24,000 nt of DNA, taken from contig NZ_AP018688.1 of NCBI RefSeq assembly GCF_002218045.2, positions 17,172-41,171 on the forward strand, given 5' to 3'. Positions 16,207-23,355 of the stretch are shown here, piece by piece. The stretch's first letter is position 1. Each line of letters begins with the position of its first letter. The translations under genes and the position numbers were made by a program. The notes beneath the pieces are model-generated. The model did no database searches, was not told where the DNA came from, and saw only the letters and a list, made by a program, of their open reading frames with translations. The DNA is from Vibrio rumoiensis. Lineage in GTDB: Bacteria > Pseudomonadota > Gammaproteobacteria > Enterobacterales > Vibrionaceae.

Positions 16207-16703
16207 AGCTCTCCTTCCATCAGCACATTGCGCTGTTCTGGATGATCGGTGCTCCGGGCGTCTTCGCGCCCGTGATCGAGAACGCCAAGCGGCCCGATGC
16301 CGGCGCCGTCATGGCGTGGGGTGTCGCGATCGTGGCGGTGATGATCCTCTTCACCCCTTTACTGCTGCGCTGTCCACCATTCCGGCGCTGGTATGGCCGG
16401 ACGGATGCGCTGTCGGAGCGGCAGCGCCAGGCGCTTGCCGAGCGCGGCCTGCGCCGCTACTACCAGACCGCTTTCGATGACGGCTACGTGCCCCGCGTGA
16501 TGCCCTACGTGTGGCGCATCATCTGGACGGTCGGCGGGTTGATGGCTGTGACCGCCGTACTGCCTACCAACACCGGACGGCCAGCCTTCGATGCCTTGGT
16601 GGTCTTCTCGACCTGGTATCCGATAGGCGTGATGCTGCTGGTTTTCGCGTCGAGGCCCCTTGGCCGGTTGATTCGCCAAAGAGCACAGGAGCGGCGGAAA
16701 TGA
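16191..16703 (+). CDS. Hypothetical integral membrane protein (about four hydrophobic segments)
   Basis: Hydrophobic stretches (ALFWMIGAPGVFAPV, WGVAIVAVMILFTPLLL, IIWTVGGLMAVTAVL, LVVFSTWYPIGVMLLVFA). It overlaps the upstream gene by 16 nt and the downstream gene by ATGA. Confidence 0.55.
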   Translation: MDEQMKLSFHQHIALFWMIGAPGVFAPVIENAKRPDAGAVMAWGVAIVAVMILFTPLLLRCPPFRRWYGRTDALSERQRQALAERGLRRYYQTAFDDGYVPRVMPYVWRIIWTVGGLMAVTAVLPTNTGRPAFDALVVFSTWYPIGVMLLVFASRPLGRLIRQRAQERRK

Positions 16704-17071
16704 GCACGTCAACCATCGAGGCGCTGGCCAGCGCCTGGGCAAGGATTGCCGAGGAAGCGGAATTCCCCGCTGACTACGAGGGGACTGCCACACCACAAGC
16801 GCATCGGGCTAGCGAAGCTATTCAGGAGCAGATTCGGGAGCGCATCGTCGCCACCAACGACATGCGGCTGTTCAGCCTGCTGCACCTGCTGGGTCAGGCG
16901 TCGCTGCGCATGGAGCAAGCGCTGTGGCCGGAGGATTACGAGCGGATGACGCGCGAGGTTGAGGAAGCCCTGCGGCAAGCCACCGACGCCAACGCCAGAT
17001 CGTACACCCACGAAGAAGTGATGCAGGCGATGCAGGAACGCATCGACCGGGCGCGAGACAAGCCATGTTGA
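16700..17071 (+). CDS. Hypothetical acidic helical protein (123 aa)
   Basis: The ATG at 16700 overlaps the upstream TGA. MSTSTIEALASAWARIAEEAEF... The 5' part of the tracked ORF (from 16511) overlaps the membrane-protein frame. It overlaps the resolvase start by 7 nt. Confidence 0.5.
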   Translation: MSTSTIEALASAWARIAEEAEFPADYEGTATPQAHRASEAIQEQIRERIVATNDMRLFSLLHLLGQASLRMEQALWPEDYERMTREVEEALRQATDANARSYTHEEVMQAMQERIDRARDKPC

Positions 17072-17622
17072 TTGGCTATGCGCGCGTCTCGACGCAGGAT
17101 CAGAACCTGGAGCTGCAACGCGAAGCCTTGAGCAAGGCCGGATGTAAAAAGGTCTTCGAGGACAAGGTGAGTGGCACGCGGGCAGACCGGCCTGGCTTGG
17201 CCAAGACGCTCGAAATGCTGCGCGAAGGCGATACTTTGGTCGTCTGGAAGCTCGACCGGCTGGGCCGGTCGGTCAAGCAACTGGTCGATCTGGTCGGCGA
17301 TCTGCACAAGCACGGTGTCCAGTTCAGGAGCCTCACCGACTCCATCGACACCGGCACACCATCCGGGCGGTTCTTCTTCCACGTCATGGCGAGCCTTGCC
17401 GAAATGGAGCGCGAGCTGACCGTCGAGCGCACCCGCGCCGGGCTGGAAGTCGCCAAGCAGCTCGGCCGCAAAGGCGGCCGCAAGCCGAAGATGACCGACA
17501 GCAAGATCGAGTCGGCCAAGAAGCTGCTGGCCAGCGGGGTGCCGCCCAAGGACGTGGCCAAGAACCTCGGCGTGTCCATTCCGACGCTGTACCGCTGGGT
17601 GCCAGCCTCCACGCACGCTTAG
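17065..17622 (+). CDS. tnpR: Serine recombinase (resolvase/DNA-invertase type)
   Basis: MLIGYARVSTQDQNLELQ ... DTLVVWKLDRLGRS ... HVMASLAEMERELTVERT ... C-terminal HTH GVSIPTLYRWVPAS. The stop TAG (17620-17622) lies within the inner part of the right IR. Confidence 0.9.
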   Translation: MLIGYARVSTQDQNLELQREALSKAGCKKVFEDKVSGTRADRPGLAKTLEMLREGDTLVVWKLDRLGRSVKQLVDLVGDLHKHGVQFRSLTDSIDTGTPSGRFFFHVMASLAEMERELTVERTRAGLEVAKQLGRKGGRKPKMTDSKIESAKKLLASGVPPKDVAKNLGVSIPTLYRWVPASTHA

Positions 17623-17633
17623 CGTGCTTTATT
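17618..17633 (-). repeat. Inner 16 bp of the right 38-bp IR
   Basis: CTTAGCGTGCTTTATT is the reverse complement of AATAAAGCACGCTAAG. Confidence 0.85.
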
Positions 17634-18960
17634 TAATGAGATGGTCACTCCCTCCTTCCCAGTACTATGCTGAGGACAGGCTTTCATTCGGAGAACCATC
17701 ATGGAAAACATTGCGCTTATTGGTATCGATCTGGGTAAGAACTCTTTCCATATTCATTGTCAGGATCATCGTGGGAAGGCCGTTTACCGTAAAAAATTCA
17801 CCCGACCAAAGCTAATCGAATTTCTGGCGACATGCCCGGCAACAACCATCGCGATGGAAGCCTGTGGCGGTTCTCACTTTATGGCACGCAAGCTGGCAGA
17901 GTTAGGGCATTTTCCAAAGCTGATATCACCGCAATTTGTCCGCCCATTCGTTAAAAGCAACAAAAATGACTTCGTTGATGCTGAAGCTATCTGTGAAGCA
18001 GCATCACGTCCATCTATGCGTTTCGTGCAGCCCAGAACCGAATCTCAGCAGGCAATGCGAGCTCTGCATCGTGTCCGTGAATCCCTGGTTCAGGATAAGG
18101 TGAAAACAACTAATCAGATGCATGCTTTTCTGCTGGAATTTGGTATCAGCGTTCCGCGAGGTGCTGCCGTTATTAGTCGACTGAGTACCCTTCTTGAGGA
18201 CAGTAGTTTGCCTCTTTATCTCAGCCAGTTACTGCTGAAATTACAACAGCATTATCACTATCTTGTTGAGCAGATTAAAGATCTGGAATCTCAGTTGAAA
18301 CGAAAGTTGGACGAAGATGAGGTTGGACAGCGCTTGCTGAGTATTCCCTGCGTTGGAACGCTGACTGCCAGTACTATTTCAACTGAGATTGGCGACGGGA
18401 AGCAGTACGCCAGCAGCCGTGACTTTGCGGCGGCAACAGGGCTGGTACCCCGACAGTACAGCACGGGAGGTCGGACGACATTGCTGGGAATTAGTAAGCG
18501 AGGTAATAAAAAGATCCGAACTTTGTTGGTTCAATGTGCCAGGGTATTCATACAAAAACTGGAACACCAGTCTGGCAAATTGGCCGATTGGGTCAGGGAT
18601 TTACTGTGCCGGAAAAGCAACTTTGTCGTCACTTGTGCTCTGGCAAACAAGCTGGCCAGAATAGCCTGGGCCCTAACGGCACGACAGCAAACTTATGTAG
18701 CATAACGGCAGAAATACACCGGTTTAAAGAATTACTGATCTGGTTTTGCGAATACTGATATTGATGATACTAACGGCCCACCGGCCTGTTGAGGAACCTG
18801 TAAAACGGAAAGGCTCATTGAAGCCGTATATTTTCTGGAGGTTCATCAGGCGCGGAACTCATCAAGGCGCGGGAATAAAATCCCATTCAGACGCCGGATA
18901 GATTCAAGCAAGCCAACTTGTCGTCAAAATCGGTGTTGCAAAAACGGGAGTGACCATAGA
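17634..18960 (+). mobile_element. Second IS5075/IS4321-like insertion sequence, 1327 bp, inverted relative to the first
   Basis: It sits at the same position and orientation within the 38-bp IR as the left copy, with the same subterminal repeats. Confidence 0.9.
17701..18705 (+). CDS. IS110-family transposase (IS5075/IS4321-like)
   Basis: The 334-aa product differs from the left copy at only two residues (WVRDLL versus WVRELL, and terminal YVA versus YEA). Confidence 0.95.
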   Translation: MENIALIGIDLGKNSFHIHCQDHRGKAVYRKKFTRPKLIEFLATCPATTIAMEACGGSHFMARKLAELGHFPKLISPQFVRPFVKSNKNDFVDAEAICEAASRPSMRFVQPRTESQQAMRALHRVRESLVQDKVKTTNQMHAFLLEFGISVPRGAAVISRLSTLLEDSSLPLYLSQLLLKLQQHYHYLVEQIKDLESQLKRKLDEDEVGQRLLSIPCVGTLTASTISTEIGDGKQYASSRDFAAATGLVPRQYSTGGRTTLLGISKRGNKKIRTLLVQCARVFIQKLEHQSGKLADWVRDLLCRKSNFVVTCALANKLARIAWALTARQQTYVA

Positions 18961-18982
18961 TTCCGTTTTCTGAGACGACCCC
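18961..18982 (-). repeat. Outer 22 bp of the right 38-bp IR
   Basis: TTCCGTTTTCTGAGACGACCCC is the reverse complement of GGGGTCGTCTCAGAAAACGGAA. Confidence 0.85.
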
Positions 18983-18987
18983 AATAT
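18983..18987. repeat. Right copy of the 5-bp target-site duplication (AATAT)
   Basis: It immediately follows the right IR and is identical to 9931-9935. Confidence 0.8.
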
Positions 18988-19041
18988 GATTATTGTGATA
19001 AACATGGATTGTGCAGCTCAATATCCATGTCTGGAGGAAGC

Positions 19042-19064
19042 GCTTCCGGGGCAAGCCCGGAAGC
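19042..19064. terminator. GC-rich 9-bp stem hairpin downstream of the minus-strand lipoprotein gene
   Basis: GCTTCCGGG-gcaag-CCCGGAAGC. There is no clear U-tract on the minus strand, so a terminator function is uncertain. Confidence 0.3.
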
Positions 19065-19072
19065 CTTGCTTA

Positions 19073-19381
19073 TTAGCGGTGGGAGTAAAGACGCCAGGCT
19101 ACACTGCCGGAACTGCCATCACAGATACGGCCAGCGAACACCGATCCCTGAGAGTATTTGACGCCGTTCAGGTAGCAGTAGCTGCTGTTCTGCGTTTGTT
19201 CTGAGCGAAAAGCTGACTCCTGCTGACTCAAGCGATGCTCGGCAGACTGGAGGCGAACGGAAAGCGCGTTGATTTGCTTCTGCTGATCGCTGATTCGATT
19301 TGAGAGTGCTACCGCGTCGTTCTGAGTGGCGCACCCGGAGAGCAGGGCGGCGGCAATGATAGCTGGGATTAGTTTCTTCAT
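19073..19381 (-). CDS. Lipoprotein
   Basis: Signal peptide with lipobox (MKKLIPAIIAAALLSGC), followed by a coiled-coil-like segment and a Cys-containing C-terminal domain. Confidence 0.7.
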   Translation of the reverse strand: MKKLIPAIIAAALLSGCATQNDAVALSNRISDQQKQINALSVRLQSAEHRLSQQESAFRSEQTQNSSYCYLNGVKYSQGSVFAGRICDGSSGSVAWRLYSHR

Positions 19382-19384
19382 GTG

Positions 19385-19723
19385 TTACTCCTGAAATGAA
19401 CGTCCGTATCGCTGAATAATCAGCTCCAGTGTGTTTTTGTTTTCTGAAATAGTGGTCATAGGGCAAGTGCTTAGAAATACTTTACGAGCAGCAGCTGTCG
19501 CGCCGGGGTTGTAGTAGGGGGTGTAAATTCGTATCTCAAAGAAGCTCTGGCGGCCCATTACACAGTCAGGCCCTGATGTTGCCTCGTTACCTTGTAACTT
19601 TCCGGCCATACAGGTGAACGCGAGACACGGATCACCCTTAGTATTTCCCTCCGCAAAGGCGCTGGCGCTACTGAAGATGCAGTACATCAATAATATTTTT
19701 GCAACGGTTCTTAGCTTACTCAT
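19385..19723 (-). CDS. TrbM-like secreted protein (conjugative-plasmid family)
   Basis: I chose the start at 19723 because its ATG overlaps the upstream TGA (ATGA) and AAGAGGGAA lies upstream. It has a signal peptide. DPCLAFTCMAGKLQG ... C ... FFEI ... NPGATAAARKVFLSTCP ... IIQRYGR follows the TrbM-family pattern as I recall it. Confidence 0.55.
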   Translation of the reverse strand: MSKLRTVAKILLMYCIFSSASAFAEGNTKGDPCLAFTCMAGKLQGNEATSGPDCVMGRQSFFEIRIYTPYYNPGATAAARKVFLSTCPMTTISENKNTLELIIQRYGRSFQE

Positions 19724-20070
19724 ACGTTCCCTCTTATCCATTTGATACAGCTTGTTGAAATCACATTGATAACCAACAGCAATCCCATTAGGAACAACAG
19801 GTTATAAAACTCTGGCGCTCCCAAACGGCCCATAAACCACTCGACAAGAAACAGCACGATTGATAGTGTGGCGATCAACTTCAATAGCTTTCTTGACGCA
19901 GCGCTTACGAAAAATAAACAAATACAGCAACATGACTTAGAGTAGGTAAAGAGGTTGTTTTTGAGGGACAGGGCAGTCTTTTTGAACCACAGTAGTACCC
20001 CCCTTTTAGGCATTTTGTCTTTTTGGTTTCTTTCGCCTTTCGGCCTCTTAAACTCAATCACATTGCCCAT
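19720..20070 (-). CDS. Small membrane protein (two hydrophobic helices)
   Basis: 116 aa with a basic N-terminus, then CCCICLFFVSAA and IATLSIVLFLVEWF / LLFLMGLLLVINVI. It is coupled to genes on both sides. Confidence 0.5.
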   Translation of the reverse strand: MGNVIEFKRPKGERNQKDKMPKRGVLLWFKKTALSLKNNLFTYSKSCCCICLFFVSAASRKLLKLIATLSIVLFLVEWFMGRLGAPEFYNLLFLMGLLLVINVISTSCIKWIRGNV

Positions 20071-20073
20071 CGT

Positions 20074-20142
20074 TCACTCCCTTTCTCGAATCTTCAGATC
20101 GTCCAAATCCACACCTTTTTCCAGCAGCTCAACTAACCATTT
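20074..20142 (-). pseudogene. 3' end (22 codons) of a gene truncated by the Tn3-family IS-like element
   Basis: The minus-strand frame is open from the IS boundary: KWLVELLEKGVDLDDLKIRERE-stop. The stop lies 3 nt before the next ATG, which suggests a former operon member. The fragment is too short to identify. Confidence 0.3.
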
Positions 20143-20143
20143 A

Positions 20144-20224
20144 GGGGTTCTAGGGATTTTCCCCTCTAAAAAGACATAATCCTCTGTAGACCACACCAAT
20201 AAATGGCTGCGGAGGTGGTTTACT
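20144..20224 (+). repeat. Left 81-bp terminal IR of the Tn3-family IS-like element
   Basis: It matches the reverse complement of 23275-23355 with two mismatches (IR positions 38 and 76). Confidence 0.85.
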
Positions 20225-20237
20225 TTCAGCTTGGAGC

Positions 20238-23216
20238 CTAATCATCCACTATCGGCCTTGTTATTTCGCCAATATTGGGCAATTTCCCAGTATTAGTGAA
20301 GTTATACGTTCCGCTTAAGTTGATATTTTGCCACGCAACGGGCGAAACAGCACGAGTGATACCCGCTTTCTCTTCATCTCCTCTCGCTTCAAAGTGTCCC
20401 AGCAGATGACTCAGTATCGCGGAGTTGAAGTAGATGATCGCGTTGGCAAGCAATCTTGCACATTCATTCCAGATAGCGATTTCACTCTCGTTTTTGCCTC
20501 GGAACTGATCGCCATTCACCGACGCAATAGCCCGTCTCAGGAAGTGCCACGCTTCTCCCCGGTTAAGGGCACGCTGAACGTACTGCCGCAAACTGGCATT
20601 GTCTATGTAATCCAGTAAATATTGCGCTTTGACCAGTCGATTATACTCCGTCAGCGCCTGTAATGTCGGGTGCCCCGAAGGATAACCAGACAACTTTCTT
20701 ACCAGCATTGCCTGTGTCGTTCGCTTTGTCTGAAGTGACAGAACAATGCGCCTAATATCCTGCCATCCCGTTTCGATGACATTCGTCCTGATGGGCTTTT
20801 TCAGGGCAAGGTTGGTGCCGCCGTGTTCATTTTCAGTTACGTCAAACAGATCATTGATGACACTACTGAACTGCGCGTATCGCGGTGCAAAACTGTAACC
20901 GCATAGATCCAGTAAGGCGAAGTTAACATGATTGACACCGTGTGTATCTGTCGAGAGTACGTCAGGTTTGATTTCACTGCTGTTGGATTGTAACAGGTCA
21001 TAAATATAGTGTGATTCGTGCTCGTTGGAACCGATGATCCGAGCATTGAGGGCGCTGTGGTTGGCCACCAGTGTCATGGCCGTGATCCCTTTGTTGGTGC
21101 CGAAATACTTAGAGGAGTACCGGGTTTTAAAGGTTTCCAGATGGGTTTCGAATTTCTGACCATCCGCACTGGCATGCAGCTGGTCCTCCTGAATATGGTA
21201 GTGGCGGAAGATGGGTAGCGCTGCAACCGCATTATTGATCACGTCGCTGGCGTCATGCAGCGTTTCAGGCCGGATATAGTTGGCCTGCACCGTACTCAGG
21301 TGTTCATAGCTTCGATCGGAGATCTGCGCCATGCCATACACACCACGGTGAGTGGCGTTGGCAATCAGAATGGCCAGTAAATCATCCTGATGAGTGAACC
21401 CTTGTTTTTGTATCGGAAGTACATGAGTCAGACATTTCATGAACCCGGTTTCGCGCTCTACATACCGCAGTACATCCGCGATACCGACCGGTTGCATTCG
21501 CTTAAAAAAGGGATTGTTGACCAGAGATGTAGCGCTTTTGGTCGGCAGACGCCAGCGGGTACCGGTACGATTTTTCATGATCACATTTCGATTGTCTCCC
21601 TCATCAATATGGAGAGCAACGTCTTTGAGTGCACTTTCCAGCCGGTGTTGTTTCTCCTGTAACAATAACTCTGCGGGCTGTTTTAGTCTGTCCAGTGTTG
21701 ATGAGGCCAGCAAGGTATCCTGCGATGTCTGGGGGATCAGGTCGTCTTCCAGTGCGCGGTATTTGGTAACATTTGGCAAATAAATGCGTCCATTCAGTCG
21801 TGAGGTTAACTGCCGGTAGAGCAGCCATTCGTAACGTTGCGGGTTAACGTTATCCTGTTTAACCAACCATGGGAGGTGCTTTTTCGGGATGAGCGACGTA
21901 TCCATCGTCTTCAGTGGTCCACCGAATGCGATTTCCGTCTGCATCTGTTGAAGTTGGGCGACGACGGCTTCTGAGCCTTTACCGGCCTCACATTCAAGGC
22001 ACAAGAACACCTGCCTTAACAGTTGCTCCAGGAGATTGCATTGTTCATCGTAATGTTGCCACTGGTACTCTTCCACGGTCCGTTTCTGTTTTTTCAGGTA
22101 AAGGCAGAGGGTCTGGATATCCCTGTCATTCATGACCTTCAATGCCTGTTGTCTGACTACTGAGAAGGGTTGATTATCATCAATGTTCTCATCCACAAAC
22201 AGATGCAGTAACTCTGCCGCTTTCGTGACATTGTCCGCGGCTGACTGCCAGGACAGGAACACTGCTTGTTGTGCAAAGGTGTTGGCAGCTTCTTGTTGCT
22301 TGCGGATATGGTAAATGAACCCATCAGTTAACCGTTCCAGTGCCAGTTGTATCCGCTCTGTCAGGTGACATAGCAACCATAGATGCTGCTGTGCGCGTTT
22401 GAATCGTTTGAGTTTACTACCGTAATAGTTGATGAGCTCACCGAAGTGTTGTCGATTTTTAAGAGACAGATTAAGCCCATCGATAACGCCATTGATTTGC
22501 GTGCGCCATGGCGCTAACTGATGATAAAGGGCAAGCTCTTTTTTAAGTTCAGGTACGGTCAGACTTTTTGCACCGCCTCTGAGCTGGTTCAGGCTTAGTC
22601 CGTCATCAATGGCTGTTATGCTGTCCAGAAAGACGTGAAGTTCAGGACTGGTGAGTTGATTAAGTTGGTGCGCCAGGTCTTTTCTGACCTGCTGCATCGC
22701 TCTGCTTATCAGTCTCTGGAGTACGGTGTACCTAGGGATAGCAATGCTGTGACTGGTTAGGAATTCAATAGCAGTATCAAAGAGGTAACGCGGCTCCAGC
22801 CAGGCATTGCCCACCTGAACAAGGTGGTCGAAAAGAGAATTGAAGTGCTGACTTTCGTCCCATTTGTGATAACCAGCAAGGTCTAATACTTTTGCGTAGA
22901 GTCGATCTTTTTGTTTTTGTGAGGGAGTGAATGGTCTGAGCCCCTTGCCGCCAAGCAGCTCTTTACTGATGAACATTAAATCCTTAGAAACCTGCGAGTA
23001 AGCGATATCTAGGATGACGGGCTTTGATTTGAAGTATCCCAAAATCGCGACAAAGTAACATCTATGAGCTCTGAGACGAATTGACCGAAAAACTGCCAAT
23101 TCCGCATCGTTCAGAGAAAAGTACAGACGTTGTTCTTCGATTGAAAAAATGGGTGGGGAATAAAGATTTGCCTGTTCTGCTCTCGTGAGAATAGTAATTT
23201 CGTTTTTGATGGCCAT
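20238..23216 (-). CDS. tnpA: Tn3-family transposase (992 aa, apparently intact)
   Basis: The N-terminal DUF4158-like region (LTRAEQANLYSPPIFSIEEQRLYFSL ... RLRAHRCYFVAILGYFK) and the C-terminal DDE region (ASADGQKF, STDTHGVNHVNFALLDLCGYSFAPRY, LNRGEAWHFLRRAI) are both present. Confidence 0.9.
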   Translation of the reverse strand: MAIKNEITILTRAEQANLYSPPIFSIEEQRLYFSLNDAELAVFRSIRLRAHRCYFVAILGYFKSKPVILDIAYSQVSKDLMFISKELLGGKGLRPFTPSQKQKDRLYAKVLDLAGYHKWDESQHFNSLFDHLVQVGNAWLEPRYLFDTAIEFLTSHSIAIPRYTVLQRLISRAMQQVRKDLAHQLNQLTSPELHVFLDSITAIDDGLSLNQLRGGAKSLTVPELKKELALYHQLAPWRTQINGVIDGLNLSLKNRQHFGELINYYGSKLKRFKRAQQHLWLLCHLTERIQLALERLTDGFIYHIRKQQEAANTFAQQAVFLSWQSAADNVTKAAELLHLFVDENIDDNQPFSVVRQQALKVMNDRDIQTLCLYLKKQKRTVEEYQWQHYDEQCNLLEQLLRQVFLCLECEAGKGSEAVVAQLQQMQTEIAFGGPLKTMDTSLIPKKHLPWLVKQDNVNPQRYEWLLYRQLTSRLNGRIYLPNVTKYRALEDDLIPQTSQDTLLASSTLDRLKQPAELLLQEKQHRLESALKDVALHIDEGDNRNVIMKNRTGTRWRLPTKSATSLVNNPFFKRMQPVGIADVLRYVERETGFMKCLTHVLPIQKQGFTHQDDLLAILIANATHRGVYGMAQISDRSYEHLSTVQANYIRPETLHDASDVINNAVAALPIFRHYHIQEDQLHASADGQKFETHLETFKTRYSSKYFGTNKGITAMTLVANHSALNARIIGSNEHESHYIYDLLQSNSSEIKPDVLSTDTHGVNHVNFALLDLCGYSFAPRYAQFSSVINDLFDVTENEHGGTNLALKKPIRTNVIETGWQDIRRIVLSLQTKRTTQAMLVRKLSGYPSGHPTLQALTEYNRLVKAQYLLDYIDNASLRQYVQRALNRGEAWHFLRRAIASVNGDQFRGKNESEIAIWNECARLLANAIIYFNSAILSHLLGHFEARGDEEKAGITRAVSPVAWQNINLSGTYNFTNTGKLPNIGEITRPIVDD

Positions 23217-23274
23217 ATCAGGGCTGTTCCGTATTAAATGTACGATATTTACCTAATTTGCCACACTTATAAGT

Positions 23275-23355
23275 AGTAACCCACCTCCGCAGCCATTTAT
23301 TGGTGTGGTCTACAGAGAATTATGTCTTTTTAGAGGGGAAAATCCCTAGAACCCC
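23275..23355 (-). repeat. Right 81-bp terminal IR of the Tn3-family IS-like element
   Basis: Reverse complement of 20144-20224 with two mismatches. Confidence 0.85.

Larger units (their letters stand above)
9936..18982. mobile_element. Tn21-subfamily (Tn3 family) transposon, defective, with both IRs split by IS5075/IS4321-like elements
   Basis: Joining 9936-9957 to 11285-11300 gives GGGGTCGTCTCAGAAAACGGAAAATAAAGCACGCTAAG, the Tn21/Tn1696-type 38-bp IR. Joining 17618-17633 to 18961-18982 gives its perfect inverse. The tnpA stop lies inside the left IR, as in Tn21. A 5-bp duplication flanks the unit. Confidence 0.85.
20144..23355 (-). mobile_element. Tn3-family IS-like element (tnpA only, 3212 bp) with long terminal IRs
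   Basis: Its 81-bp terminal inverted repeats both start GGGGTTCTAGGGATTTTCCCCTC. It has a single 992-aa transposase gene and no resolvase or passenger gene. The layout resembles IS1071-type Tn3-family members. Confidence 0.85.

Noticed and set aside
14031-17616. Antisense or overlapping ORFs in the GC-rich transposon interior (for example 14031-14459 +, 14540-15201 -, 15050-15268 +, 15847-16155 -, 16359-17011 -, 16936-17616 -, 17100-17612 -)
   Set aside because: Each overlaps a better-supported gene (tnpA N-terminus, MNT/HEPN, orf108, membrane protein, resolvase). They show the low-complexity composition typical of spurious high-GC ORFs.
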